This document shows positions 30,854 through 41,618 of a stretch of DNA of 64,000 bases, piece by piece; position 1 is the first letter of the stretch; each line of letters opens with the position of its first letter. This stretch comes from an uncultured Bacilli bacterium (GTDB lineage Bacteria > Bacillota_I > Bacilli_A > RFN20 > CAG-826). The stretch covers positions 65,675-129,674 of the forward strand of contig CAKPBC010000004.1 of NCBI GenBank assembly GCA_934140155.1, read 5' to 3'. The translations under genes and the position numbers were made by a program. The notes beneath the pieces are model-generated. The model was not told the origin of the DNA. It made no database searches and saw only the letters and a list, made by a program, of their open reading frames with translations.

Positions 30854-31099
30854 TTATAATTTGGCTAATACATGTTTTGCGAATGTTTCATCAAAATTTT
30901 CTTTTGTAACGCCAGTAATAATCTCGTCATCAACTTTAATTGATACTCCTGCAACACCACATTTGCCTAAGCAAAATGTGGCTTTGAGAGTAACTTTATC
31001 TTCAATGTTATTCTTTTTAATAGCATCTTTCATCAATTCAATGATATCATAACTACCTTTTAAATGGCATGATGAGCCAACGCAAACCAATATTGTCAT
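30854..31099 (-). CDS. thioredoxin-like [2Fe-2S] ferredoxin (NuoE/HndA-like small protein)
   Basis: 81 aa with the four-Cys pattern CVGSSCHLKG...FCLGKCGVAG. Its start is 2 nt after the adhE stop. Confidence 0.6.
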   Translation of the reverse strand: MTILVCVGSSCHLKGSYDIIELMKDAIKKNNIEDKVTLKATFCLGKCGVAGVSIKVDDEIITGVTKENFDETFAKHVLAKL

Positions 31100-31101
31100 A
31101 A

Positions 31102-33717
31102 TTAATTGCCTTTATAAGCCTTTCTTAAGATTTCTTTCATATCTTCAACAAGAGGAACACGTGGGTTAGCAGGTGAACATTGATCTTCATAAGCTAATAC
31201 AGCCATTCTTTCTAGTTCAGCATTCCAATCTTCTTCAGCAATACCCATTGCAGCAAAGTTAGGATCAAGTCCAACTTCTTTTGTTAAGTTAGTTACAGCA
31301 GTAGCCAATGATTCAACAGCGATTTCTGGAGTATCAGCTTTTAAGCCTACTAATCTAGCAATGTCTTGATATTTCTTATCAGCACAGTAGTGGTTATATT
31401 TTGGCCATACAGATAATTTGGTTGGAACTTGTCCATTATATCTAATTACATGTGGTAATAATACAGCACAAGCATAACCATGAACACAATGGAATTGTGC
31501 ACCAACTTTATGAGCAAGTGAGTGAGTCATACCTAAGAATGCGTTAGCAAATGCCATACCAGCAATTGTTGCAGCATTATGCATCTTTTCACGAGCTTCT
31601 AAGTCATTTTTACCATTCTTAACAGCACGTGGTAAATATTCAAATACCATCTTAATTGCTTGTAAAGCTAAACCATCAGTATAGTCACTTGCTAATACTG
31701 AAACATAAGCTTCAATAGCGTGAGTTAAGACATCCATACCTGTCATAGCAGTTGGGCGTGCAGGTAAGTTAGTTGTAAATTCTGCATCAACAATAGCAAC
31801 TGTAGGTGTTAAAGAATAGTCAGTTAAAGGATATTTCTTGTTATTTGCTTTATCAGAAATAACAGCGAATGGAGTAACTTCACTACCTGTACCAGATGTA
31901 GTTGGGATACAAATTAATTTAGATTTTTTACCTAATTCAGGATATTTGAAAGCTCTCTTACGGATATCCATGAATTTTTGTTTTAAATCATCAAAGTTAA
32001 CTTCTGGGTGTTCATAGAATAACCACATACCTTTAGCGGCATCCATTGGAGATCCACCGCCTAAAGCGATAATAGTATCTGGTCCAAATGCTTGCATTAA
32101 ACGTAATCCACGTTTAACTGTTTCAATATCTGGATCTGGTTCAACATCACAGAATAATTGTACTTGAACTTTATTCTTTCTTAAATTTAATTGTTCAGTA
32201 ACTTTATTTACGAAACCGAAATCAACCATTGAACGGTCGGTAACAATAAAGACTTTATTAACATCACGGCAAGATTGTAAATATTGAATTGAATTTCTTT
32301 CAAAATAAATCTTACGAGGAACTTTAAACCATTGCATAGTATTTCTCCTTTTACCTACTTTCTTAACATTTAATAAATTAACGGCACTAACGTTACCACC
32401 AATTGAGTTTTTACCATAACTACCACAACCTAATGTTAAAGATGGTAAGAATGAGTTATAAACATTACCAATACCACCAAATGTAGATGGAGAGTTCCAA
32501 ATAATACGCATTGCTTTGACTTTTTCGCCATATGCATCAGCCATAGCTTGTTCTTTACAGTGAATAGCAGCACTATGTCCTAAACCATTAAAACAAACCA
32601 TTTGTTCAGCAAGTTTAAATCCTTCTTCAGCATCTTTTGATTTTAAAATTGCTAATACTGGTGAAAGTTTTTCTCTTGTCATTGGTTCTTTTGGTCCAAC
32701 CATATCACATTCAACTGCTAAAATAACTGTATCTTCAGGAACTTCAAATCCTGCTTGCTCTGCAATCCAGTGAGCAGATTTACCAACAACGTTTGGATTT
32801 AATTTTGCTGTTTCAACATTTTCATCGCCATGAGCGAAGCCAAACATAAATCTAGATAATTTGACTTTTTCTTCTTTATTTACAAAGTAGACTTTAAATC
32901 TAACAAATAAATCTTTTGCTTCTTTATAAATTTCTTTATCAATAATTGCAGCTTGTTCAGAAGCACAAATCATACCATTATCAAATGATTTTGATAAAAC
33001 GATATCATTAACTGCTTGTTCAACATCAGCATCTTTATGAATATAAGCTGGAACGTTACCAGCGCCTACACCCATTGCAGGTTTTCCGCAGCTATAAGCA
33101 GCTTTAACCATTGCGTTACCACCAGTAGCTAAAATTGTAGCAACACCTGGATGATTCATTAATGCACTTGTAGCATCCATTGAAGGATGTTCAATCCATT
33201 GAATACAATTTTTTGGTGCACCAGCTGCAACAGCAGCTTCATACATTACCATAGCAGCAGCTTTTGAACTTTGTTGTGCTGATGGATGGAATGCAAATAT
33301 AATTGGATTACGAGTTTTTAAACAAATTAATGATTTAAAAATAACAGTACTTGTTGGGTTTGTTACTGGAGTGATACCACAAACTACGCCAATTGGATCA
33401 GCGATTTCAGTAATACCAGTTACTGGGTCATCTTTAATAACTCCAACTGTTTTAAGATGACGCATATTATTTACAACATATTCACAAGCGAATAAGTTCT
33501 TAGTGGCTTTATCTTCAAATACGCCTCTTTTTGTTTCTTCAATTGCCTTAGCAGCTAATGTGCCGTGGTGATCAAGACCTGCAACTGAACATTTTGCGAC
33601 AATATAGTCGACTTTTTCTTGATCTAAGTTTAGAAATTCATCTAAAGCTTTTTGAGCATTTTTAACAAGTTTATCAACTTCTTCTAATGCTGCAACGTTT
33701 TCAACCTTATCTCCCAT
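31102..33717 (-). CDS. adhE: bifunctional acetaldehyde-CoA / alcohol dehydrogenase AdhE
   Basis: 871 aa with an N-terminal ALDH domain (catalytic Cys in ...NGMICASEQ...) and a C-terminal Fe-ADH domain (GGGSPMDAAK, histidine-rich HxxxH region). Confidence 0.9.
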   Translation of the reverse strand: MGDKVENVAALEEVDKLVKNAQKALDEFLNLDQEKVDYIVAKCSVAGLDHHGTLAAKAIEETKRGVFEDKATKNLFACEYVVNNMRHLKTVGVIKDDPVTGITEIADPIGVVCGITPVTNPTSTVIFKSLICLKTRNPIIFAFHPSAQQSSKAAAMVMYEAAVAAGAPKNCIQWIEHPSMDATSALMNHPGVATILATGGNAMVKAAYSCGKPAMGVGAGNVPAYIHKDADVEQAVNDIVLSKSFDNGMICASEQAAIIDKEIYKEAKDLFVRFKVYFVNKEEKVKLSRFMFGFAHGDENVETAKLNPNVVGKSAHWIAEQAGFEVPEDTVILAVECDMVGPKEPMTREKLSPVLAILKSKDAEEGFKLAEQMVCFNGLGHSAAIHCKEQAMADAYGEKVKAMRIIWNSPSTFGGIGNVYNSFLPSLTLGCGSYGKNSIGGNVSAVNLLNVKKVGKRRNTMQWFKVPRKIYFERNSIQYLQSCRDVNKVFIVTDRSMVDFGFVNKVTEQLNLRKNKVQVQLFCDVEPDPDIETVKRGLRLMQAFGPDTIIALGGGSPMDAAKGMWLFYEHPEVNFDDLKQKFMDIRKRAFKYPELGKKSKLICIPTTSGTGSEVTPFAVISDKANNKKYPLTDYSLTPTVAIVDAEFTTNLPARPTAMTGMDVLTHAIEAYVSVLASDYTDGLALQAIKMVFEYLPRAVKNGKNDLEAREKMHNAATIAGMAFANAFLGMTHSLAHKVGAQFHCVHGYACAVLLPHVIRYNGQVPTKLSVWPKYNHYCADKKYQDIARLVGLKADTPEIAVESLATAVTNLTKEVGLDPNFAAMGIAEEDWNAELERMAVLAYEDQCSPANPRVPLVEDMKEILRKAYKGN

Positions 33718-33720
33718 TTT

Positions 33721-34368
33721 TTACTCCTCCTGAAATTTCTTTTTTAGTTTATGAGATAATACTGCTAACGATGATGCAAGATTGACATTTTCAACCACAA
33801 CATCGTCATTTACTTTTAGGTTAATTGGCGCGAAATTCCAAATTCCTTTAATGCCAGCATCAACTAATAATTCCGCGACTTCTTGCGAAGCGGATGCTGG
33901 GGTAGTTAATATCGCAATACTAACGTTTAATCTTGGAACTAAATTTTTTAGTTTTGCCATTGGAAATACTTGCTTGCCATTTATTACTTTACCAATCTTT
34001 GATTCATCATTATCAAATCCCGCTAAAATATTAAGGCTAAATTCTGCGAATCCTTTATAATTCATAAAAGCTTCACCTAAGTGTCCAACACCAACAATGA
34101 TTGCATCGCTAATATTGTGGTAACCTAAGAATACTTCGATATCATTAATAAGAACATTAATATCGCGACCTGTATTCGGTCTACCTTTTGAAGTAGTCAC
34201 TACTTGAAGATCTTTTTTTACTTGTTCTTCTGATTGATCAAGTGCTCTAGCAATAAGTGGAGCGGTAATTGTTACCACACCGGCATCACGCATTGATTTG
34301 AGATATTTTAAGTATATCGGAAATCTTTGTAATTGCCTTACTGATACTCCATCAAGCATAGTTTTCAC
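33721..34368 (-). CDS. rex: redox-sensing transcriptional repressor Rex
   Basis: N-terminal wHTH (RFPIYLKYLKSMRDAGVVTITAPLIARALD), Rossmann GVGHLGEAF, 215 aa. Its stop lies 3 nt before the adhE start, and the adhE RBS sits inside its 3' end. Confidence 0.85.
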   Translation of the reverse strand: MKTMLDGVSVRQLQRFPIYLKYLKSMRDAGVVTITAPLIARALDQSEEQVKKDLQVVTTSKGRPNTGRDINVLINDIEVFLGYHNISDAIIVGVGHLGEAFMNYKGFAEFSLNILAGFDNDESKIGKVINGKQVFPMAKLKNLVPRLNVSIAILTTPASASQEVAELLVDAGIKGIWNFAPINLKVNDDVVVENVNLASSLAVLSHKLKKKFQEE

Positions 34369-34567
34369 TCCTTCGGTATTCTTTTACCGAATTAAGTGTA
34401 TCGCAGACATTACATACTTGTCAATATAATCTCTTATGACATCGCTTTCATCGGTAAAATAAACAGTTTGTTTTTTAATTCATAATTAAAAACAATATCT
34501 TACATCTAATTTTAACAATTTGCTTATGTATTAGGCAAGAAAAAAAGAGCAAATCGAAATGATATCG

Positions 34568-35728
34568 TTATTTGCCCTTCTTTTGTGTAATATGAAACGT
34601 AATTTCAATCATTATTATCATTAAAGAAGCAAAAATCAAAATATAGATTGGAAATATTTTATAGCCGATTTTTCCACCTATTAATCCAAACAAAGGCGGC
34701 ATAAATGAAGTACCTAAATAAGCACTGGCCATCTGTATTCCAATAATTGCTCCAGAATTTTCTTTTCCAAAATTTAGTGGTGTTGAATGAATAATACAAG
34801 GATATATTGGAGCACAACCTAGTCCAATAATAACAAAAGCCGAAATAGCAACATAATAAGAATTTATCGGTAAAAGCAATAATACTATTCCTATCGTTAG
34901 TATCGATGTACCTAATATAATCATTTTCTTATCACCTAATTTATCGGTAATAAATCCTGATAAGAATCTTCCCACTGTTATACCTATATAAAATAAAGAG
35001 GCAAAATTAGCGGCATCACCAGCTTCTATCCCCTTTACTTCTACAAAATAAGTGCTTGCCCATTGCATTGATGTAGCTTCTAACGCTGAATAAGAAAAGA
35101 AACCAATAAGTAAAAATATTACTCCACGTATCTTTAATGCTTTAAATAAACCAATATGCTTAGTTTCTTCACTAGTAACATTTGAATTAACATTCCAAAC
35201 TTTTAATGTGCAAAGTAGAAATACTGTAATAACTAATTGGATTATTCCAACAATACGATATCCCATATTCCAAGTCATATTTTTTAAAGCAAAGCCCATG
35301 ATAAATGGACTAACTATAGTTCCTACTCCCCAAAAGCAATGTAACCAACTCATATGTTTAGCTTTGTAATGAATTGCCACATAGTTATTTAAAGCGGCAT
35401 CTATCGCCCCAGCACCTAAGCCATAAGGTATTGCAAAAAGAATTAGCATCCAAAATTGGCTAGATAACGAAAAACCAAATAATGCAATTGTAGTTAAAAA
35501 CACGCTTGCAACTGTTACTATTTTAGTTCCGAACTTTGTCGTTAATTTATCTGATAATAAACTAGATATAACTGTACCAATAGCAATAGTCATAGAAACT
35601 ATTCCCATATATGAAGTTGGAACATTCATTTCTATGTGCACTACTGGCCAACATGATCCAAGCAATGAATCGGGTAACCCCAAGCTTATAAAAGCTATAT
35701 AAATAATAACTAATAAAAAAGAATACAT
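34568..35728 (-). CDS. MFS transporter
   Basis: 386 aa, 12 TM helices, MFS-like loop motifs. Confidence 0.7.
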   Translation of the reverse strand: MYSFLLVIIYIAFISLGLPDSLLGSCWPVVHIEMNVPTSYMGIVSMTIAIGTVISSLLSDKLTTKFGTKIVTVASVFLTTIALFGFSLSSQFWMLILFAIPYGLGAGAIDAALNNYVAIHYKAKHMSWLHCFWGVGTIVSPFIMGFALKNMTWNMGYRIVGIIQLVITVFLLCTLKVWNVNSNVTSEETKHIGLFKALKIRGVIFLLIGFFSYSALEATSMQWASTYFVEVKGIEAGDAANFASLFYIGITVGRFLSGFITDKLGDKKMIILGTSILTIGIVLLLLPINSYYVAISAFVIIGLGCAPIYPCIIHSTPLNFGKENSGAIIGIQMASAYLGTSFMPPLFGLIGGKIGYKIFPIYILIFASLMIIMIEITFHITQKKGK

Positions 35729-35842
35729 CTTTTCACCTCTTACTTTGAGTAGTTACTTTAGCAAGTGTCATAATTGCTTAATTATAACAATTTAGTCAAA
35801 GGTTAATAATGTATTCTTTATTATTTCACTTGCAACTAATTT

Positions 35843-36676
35843 TTATTTTTTTAAAGTTACTTCTAATTGATTAAATGGAATTTCAATGCCATTTTCATCA
35901 AATGCTACTTTGACTTTTTCTAACATATAGAATTTTACATCCCAATAATCAGCATTTTTACACCATACCTTAGCGGTAATATTGATTGAACTATCACCAT
36001 GCTCAACAACATTAATTGCAGGAGCGGGTGTGTTAAGAATCATTTTATTTTTTTTACAAACTCCTAAAATAACTTTTTTGGCTTTTTCAAAATCATCAGC
36101 GTAAGAAATTGATAAATTAACATCCACTCTTCGAGTATCTTTTTCTGAGTAATTAACAATTTGCGCTGTTGACAAAGCACCATTTGGTAAATAAACAACT
36201 TTATTATCTGGTGTTCTTAGTTTTGTATAACAAATATGAATATCTTCTACAGTTCCACCGTTATCCAAAGCTTCAATATAATCATCAACACGGAATGGAC
36301 GAGTAAAGACAAGCATTACACCACCAGCAAAGTTTGATAAAGTACCATTAACTGCTAAACCAACGCCAACACCAAGAGAAGCAAGTAAAGCTGTAACTCC
36401 AGAAGTATCAATTCCTAAATAGCCAATAAGAGCAAGAACAACTAGAATTTTAAGTCCTATTTTTGTTACATAACTTAAAGTACGATATAGGGTTTTATCA
36501 ATTTTCTTATTCTCTTCAACTTTTTTATCGGCTTTTTTAGCAATTTTCTTACTAATTGCATTAATTATGCCAAATGATACTATTAATATGAGAATAGCAA
36601 TAACAATTTTAATTCCTGTGTTAGTAACCCAATCTTGCACTGTTTTCCAAAATTGATTCCAATCCATAAAAATCAC
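35843..36676 (-). CDS. small-conductance mechanosensitive channel (MscS family)
   Basis: Three TM helices followed by the MscS beta domain; 277 aa. Confidence 0.6.
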   Translation of the reverse strand: MIFMDWNQFWKTVQDWVTNTGIKIVIAILILIVSFGIINAISKKIAKKADKKVEENKKIDKTLYRTLSYVTKIGLKILVVLALIGYLGIDTSGVTALLASLGVGVGLAVNGTLSNFAGGVMLVFTRPFRVDDYIEALDNGGTVEDIHICYTKLRTPDNKVVYLPNGALSTAQIVNYSEKDTRRVDVNLSISYADDFEKAKKVILGVCKKNKMILNTPAPAINVVEHGDSSINITAKVWCKNADYWDVKFYMLEKVKVAFDENGIEIPFNQLEVTLKK

Positions 36677-36721
36677 TCCTTATAAATAGCAAATAATATT
36701 ATAGTTCTTTATTAAAATAAT

Positions 36722-37243
36722 TTAAATGCGTTTTATATAATTTTCTTTGCGAGGTTTAGCCACTGGATATTCACCTTTAGTGTAACCTAATGCGATAGAA
36801 CCAACTCCGCGTAATTCTTCAGGTAGTCCCCATTCTTTTAAAAGTTCTTTTCCTACACCACTATCAAATATTTCTCTTTCGCGGTGAATCCAAACTGATC
36901 CAAGTCCTAAAGCATGAGCTTCTAACATCATATTACCTAATACTAATGATGCATCTTCTATCCAAGTATTAATACTAGGATCTGCTAAAACAACAATAAC
37001 AACTGGTGCACCATAATACGGATCAATATTTACTCCCATTACACCAGCATTAAGTTTTTGAATGATATTACGATATTTTTCAGAAGTAATAGCAACAATA
37101 ACTGGTGATTGCTTGCCTCTTCCAGTTGGTGCATATGTTCCTGCTTCAAGTACTTTATTTAATAATTCTTCTGGCACTTTCTTATCTTCATAAGAACGAA
37201 CGCTTCTTCTTGTTTTGATCAATTCTAATGTTTTGTCTTCCAT
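36722..37243 (-). CDS. nitroreductase family protein
   Basis: N-terminal LIKTRRSVRSYEDKKVPEELLNKVLEAGTYAPTGRGKQSP, typical of the NADH oxidase/nitroreductase fold. Confidence 0.75.
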   Translation of the reverse strand: MEDKTLELIKTRRSVRSYEDKKVPEELLNKVLEAGTYAPTGRGKQSPVIVAITSEKYRNIIQKLNAGVMGVNIDPYYGAPVVIVVLADPSINTWIEDASLVLGNMMLEAHALGLGSVWIHREREIFDSGVGKELLKEWGLPEELRGVGSIALGYTKGEYPVAKPRKENYIKRI

Positions 37244-37286
37244 AAATTTTCTCCTTTTTTATCTTGCTTAAATCTTACTTAATATG

Positions 37287-38318
37287 CTACTTAAAATATT
37301 TTTGATTTTTACTACTAGGTTTATCAGGAATAGTCATTTTCACCAATCCGTTTTCAATAGCAGGATTCAAATAATTAGCGCGTAATGTTTCTTTTGATTT
37401 TATATCAAGCCGACGCATTATCTCATTAGCGCTTAATGGAATATCATAATCCATTATTTCTAATAGTTTATTTACTTGTTCAGATATATTTTTTGATTCT
37501 TGTACAAAGTTATTGCTAATTTCATCAATACTTTCATCAATAAGTCTAAGCATAAATTCAATAAACTTATTAGAATCACCATTTTTATGGCACTCAGATA
37601 TTGAGTTATAATATTCATCTTGATATTTTTGAATTCTTGATTCAAGTGGAATATATTCAAAAATTGGATTCCATTTCATCAATAAGACATTTTGCCATAA
37701 TCGAGCGGTTCTTCCATTTCCATCACTAAAAGGATGAATAAAAACAAATTCATAATGAAATACACATGATTTTATAAGCATTGGTGTTTCTAAATCATTT
37801 TTTAACCAATCAAATAAATCATGCATTAACGCTGGAACAAATTTTTCTGATGGCGCAACAAATATTACTTGTTTCCCATCAAATACACCTTCAGCATGGT
37901 TACGATATTGTCCTGAATCATTTTCAATTAAATATGTTAATGTTTCATGTGCTTTTAATAAATCTTTTTCATTATAACAATCAAAGTCATTTATCATTTC
38001 GTATGCTTTATATGCATTTTTAACTTCTTGAATTTCTTTTTTTGGACCTATTACAGTTTTTCCCATAATAACATCTCTAACTTGATTCAAAGATAAAGAA
38101 TTAGCTTCAATTGCCAAAGATGAATGAATTGATTTTATACGATTATTCTTTCTTAAAATCGGCATTCTTTTTAACGAATTGAAAATAGAAATCTTACCTA
38201 ATTTTTCTGCGATAGATATACACTTTGAAAGCATGTTATTAGTAATTGAAAAAGGTGGCTTATACATAACTTTCCTCCTGTTAATAGTATAAACCACCAT
38301 CAAAATTTTATCAACCAT
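37287..38318 (-). CDS. Fic family protein (AMPylase-type) with C-terminal wHTH
   Basis: Canonical Fic motif HPFSDGNGRTARL and an N-terminal inhibitory-helix-like SSLAIEAN. The likely true start is MYKPPFS near 38267. Confidence 0.8.
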   Translation of the reverse strand: MVDKILMVVYTINRRKVMYKPPFSITNNMLSKCISIAEKLGKISIFNSLKRMPILRKNNRIKSIHSSLAIEANSLSLNQVRDVIMGKTVIGPKKEIQEVKNAYKAYEMINDFDCYNEKDLLKAHETLTYLIENDSGQYRNHAEGVFDGKQVIFVAPSEKFVPALMHDLFDWLKNDLETPMLIKSCVFHYEFVFIHPFSDGNGRTARLWQNVLLMKWNPIFEYIPLESRIQKYQDEYYNSISECHKNGDSNKFIEFMLRLIDESIDEISNNFVQESKNISEQVNKLLEIMDYDIPLSANEIMRRLDIKSKETLRANYLNPAIENGLVKMTIPDKPSSKNQKYFK

Positions 38319-38449
38319 CTTACTTAAATCTTGCTTAATTTCTTACTTATTTTCAAGTTGTGTGTAAAGCCTTTTAGCATATAAATCACTTATTTTATCA
38401 GTCATTTCCCTTTAATTTATTATATTTAGTTTCTTAATCAAGTTTTGTC

Positions 38450-38476
38450 TTTACAAGTTCTTTACATTTATTTACA
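38450..38476 (+). promoter_or_regulatory. Pho-box-like direct repeats upstream of pstS
   Basis: TTTACA appears three times, at 38450, 38461 and 38471 (11/10-bp phasing), ~60 nt upstream of the pstS start. This matches PhoP-type TT(A/T/C)ACA direct repeats. Confidence 0.45.
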
Positions 38477-38538
38477 GCATCATGAAAGATTTATCTAGCT
38501 TGTAATTTTAATATGTTAGTGTCATTGGAGGAAAGAAT

Positions 38539-39490
38539 TATGAAAAAGACAAATAAATATTTATTAACATTATTATTAGGGATGACATTAGCATCATGCG
38601 GAGGTAACAATACTTCTAACTCATCAAAAGTAGAATTTGATACAAGTAAAAACATTACTGTTTATACTCGTGATACCGATAGCGGTACTCGTGATGGTTT
38701 CTTTACGAAAATCGGATTAAAAGACGCTGTTAAATCAAATGAACCTTTAGTTAAAGGCGCTGTTGAAACTAACGGAAATGGCGATATGGTTTTAAAAGTT
38801 AAAAATGATGAATATGGTATTGGTTATATTTCCTTATCATCATTAGAAGAATCTTCCTTAACTGGATTAAAATATGAAGGTGTTGAACCAAATGAAGATA
38901 ATGTATTAAATGGAAGCTATGGCTTAACAAGAAACTTCAATTATATTATTCGTAATGAATTTGATAGTGATACTAAAAAAGATATCGTCAATGCTTTTGT
39001 TGCTTATATGTCTACTAAAGAAGCTAAAGCCACAATTATAGCTAACTCAGGTATTGTTAAGTTAAATAAAGATGATAAAAGTTGGGATGATATTAAAGCA
39101 AATTACCCAATCACCAATCAGGATAACTCAAACATTACAATTAAATTTGGTGGTTCTACTTCTGTTGAAAAGATTGCTAAAGCATTATCGCAAGAATTTG
39201 CTAGTAAATGTGGTAATTTCAAACCAGAACATAATCACGCTGGATCAGGTGATGCTTATAAGTTCACTCAAGGAGAAGAAAAAGATTCTACTAGTAAATT
39301 AGATATTGGCTTCTTGTCCCGTGAATTAAATAGTAATGAAGTTGCCGCAGCTAACACAAGCGGATTAATATGTATTGATGCAATTGTCGCGGTTGTTAAT
39401 AATAAAAACTCATTAACCGCAATTACCGCAAATGAACTTAAAGATATATATACTGGCGTAACTACAAAATGGAATCAACTAATAAAATAG
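38539..39490 (+). CDS. pstS: phosphate ABC transporter substrate-binding lipoprotein PstS
   Basis: RBS GGAGGAAAG followed by ATG at 38539, lipobox LLGMTLASCGG, and position at the head of pstCAB-phoU. The ORF-track start at 38513 has no RBS and is probably upstream read-through. Confidence 0.75.
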
Positions 39491-40425
39491 AAATATCTAA
39501 AAATAAAATAAAAAACAAAACCACTTTAGACCAAATCGTTAAAGTGGCTTTTACGTTTATTGCTATGATTTGTGCGTCAGTGATCATAGTAATTGTTGCT
39601 TTTATTTTTATTGAAGGGCTAAAACCATTTTTTACTAATTATGAAATAAATGGCATTAATTATCGACCTAGTTTTTTTCCTTTTGTTTTTGGCTTATCTT
39701 GGGAAGCTAGTCCTTACCAATATGGTATTGGATTTATTATTATTAACACATTGTACGTAACATTATGTAGTTTATTAATTGCGGTTCCAATTTCTGTTCT
39801 TACTGCCTTATTTATTGTAAGAATTGCACCGAAATTTTTAAGCAAAACACTTAATTATATCATTGAATTATTAGCAAGTATCCCTTCTATTATCTATGGT
39901 ATTTTTGGTGCTGGAGTTATTACTAATATTGTTAAAAATCTAGCTAATTTATTTAATTATCAAAGCGCTGGTGGGGTATCAACATTAGCCACTATCCTCG
40001 TACTAGCCATGATGATTATTCCTACTATCACCTTAATTAGTATAACAAGTATTAAAACCGTTAAAGAAGATTACATTAAAGGGTCATTAGCATTAGGAGC
40101 AAGTCCGACTCAAACCAATTTTAAAGTTGTTCTTACTAGTGCAAAATCTGGCATTTTTTCAGGTATTATCCTTGGTGTTGGAAGGGCACTTGGTGAAGCT
40201 ACCGCAGTAACTATGGTCGCTGGTAACGCTACAAGTGGACCAACATTTAATTTATTTGATATAACCAGAACATTAACTTCAACAATGCTAGCGAATATTA
40301 AAGAAACCTCAGGATTATCTTATGATATTCGATTTAGTGTTGGTATATTTTTAATTTTAATTATTTTAGTCACTAATTTGATTTTAAATTTTATAAGGAA
40401 AAGGATTGGAAATTATGAAAAATAA
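39469..40425 (+). CDS. pstC: phosphate ABC transporter permease PstC
   Basis: 6-TM permease with the EAA-like loop region. Confidence 0.8.
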   Translation: MESTNKIEISKNKIKNKTTLDQIVKVAFTFIAMICASVIIVIVAFIFIEGLKPFFTNYEINGINYRPSFFPFVFGLSWEASPYQYGIGFIIINTLYVTLCSLLIAVPISVLTALFIVRIAPKFLSKTLNYIIELLASIPSIIYGIFGAGVITNIVKNLANLFNYQSAGGVSTLATILVLAMMIIPTITLISITSIKTVKEDYIKGSLALGASPTQTNFKVVLTSAKSGIFSGIILGVGRALGEATAVTMVAGNATSGPTFNLFDITRTLTSTMLANIKETSGLSYDIRFSVGIFLILIILVTNLILNFIRKRIGNYEK

Positions 40426-41617
40426 ACGTAAATTTAAAGATTTATTATTACAAATAATCACCTATCTTTTTTCTAGTTTTGGCATAATTATTTTAGGCGC
40501 CATATTTGTATTTATATTCGTAAAAGGTGGCTCTACTTTATCATTTAATATGATTAAAGGTGATTATTATCAAGAAGTATATAATGTTAAATACGAAAAT
40601 AAAAATACGATTGATTTAGAATATAAAGAAATTAACAATGCTTTTTATTCTTCACGTTGGGGTATTGCTTTAAGTGATGGAACTAATAATGCCGGAGAAA
40701 ATGTTGTTTATGTTTCTTATATTGATGCTTCTTCTCCGATTAAATCCATGAAAAATCAATCTAACAATGAAAGCATTATCTTACAAAAAGGTTACATTGT
40801 AACAAAAATTGTTTTAACTGATGAAGAAGATAATATGATTGTCGCCATCAGTAAATATAAAGCAGAAAAAATGATTAATCAAATCAATAAAGGCGTCACT
40901 ATTAACGATATGCAACTCACCACAAGCGGAGGCGGTATTAGAGGTTCTCTTATTACCACATTTATCTTAATTGGATTAACTTTAATAATTGCTTTACCAA
41001 TTGGTATTGGTGGCGCAATTTATTTATCAGAATATGCTAAAAGCAATAAATTTACCGCAATAATTCGTACAATGATTGATATGTCTAGTGGCATTCCTTC
41101 GGTAGTATTTGGTTTAGTAGGTATGGTCATATTTATTCCATTTATGAATGCCACAATTGGATCAAACGGAACAAGTATTGCTGCTGGTGCTTTAACAATG
41201 GCAATTATGTTACTTCCAATTATTATTCGTACTACTGAAGAATCAATAAGAGCAATACCACAAAGTTACCGTCATGCTTCTCTTGCTTTAGGAGCAAGTA
41301 AAACACAAACAATATTTAAAGTTGTTATACCTAATGCATTAGGAGGTATATTAACTTCAACTCTTTTATCTATTGGAAGAATTATTGGAGAAAGCGCTGC
41401 TTTAATATATGTAATGGGAACAGCAATAAAAGATGATGTGTTTATTAATAAAAACTCTACTTCTCTTGCTATACACATGTGGTCGATTATGGCGGGCGAT
41501 AATCCTAATTATGCACAGGCTTCCGCGATTGCTATCATAATTTTATTTATTGTTTTATTACTAAATATATTAGTTAAAGTAATTGTAAAAAAATTCAACA
41601 AATTCGAGGTGAAATAA
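40406..41617 (+). CDS. pstA: phosphate ABC transporter permease PstA with ~130-aa extracytoplasmic insertion after TM1
   Basis: The C-terminal 270 aa are PstA-like and an extra hydrophilic loop follows the first TM. Confidence 0.8.
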   Translation: MEIMKNKRKFKDLLLQIITYLFSSFGIIILGAIFVFIFVKGGSTLSFNMIKGDYYQEVYNVKYENKNTIDLEYKEINNAFYSSRWGIALSDGTNNAGENVVYVSYIDASSPIKSMKNQSNNESIILQKGYIVTKIVLTDEEDNMIVAISKYKAEKMINQINKGVTINDMQLTTSGGGIRGSLITTFILIGLTLIIALPIGIGGAIYLSEYAKSNKFTAIIRTMIDMSSGIPSVVFGLVGMVIFIPFMNATIGSNGTSIAAGALTMAIMLLPIIIRTTEESIRAIPQSYRHASLALGASKTQTIFKVVIPNALGGILTSTLLSIGRIIGESAALIYVMGTAIKDDVFINKNSTSLAIHMWSIMAGDNPNYAQASAIAIIILFIVLLLNILVKVIVKKFNKFEVK

Positions 41618-41618
41618 A

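Noticed and set aside
34369-34567. Searched for a Rex operator (TTGTGAA-N4-6-TTCACAA type) upstream of rex-adhE
   Set aside because: Only loose half-site matches were found (TGTCA..13 nt..TGACA; TTAACAA), with nothing convincing by eye. A PWM scan is needed, so no feature is reported.
38513-38538. ORF-track start of pstS at 38513 (MLVSLEERIMKK...)
   Set aside because: The upstream extension lacks an RBS and precedes a perfect GGAGG followed by ATG at 38539 and then a lipoprotein signal. The extension is read-through of the upstream frame, not coding.
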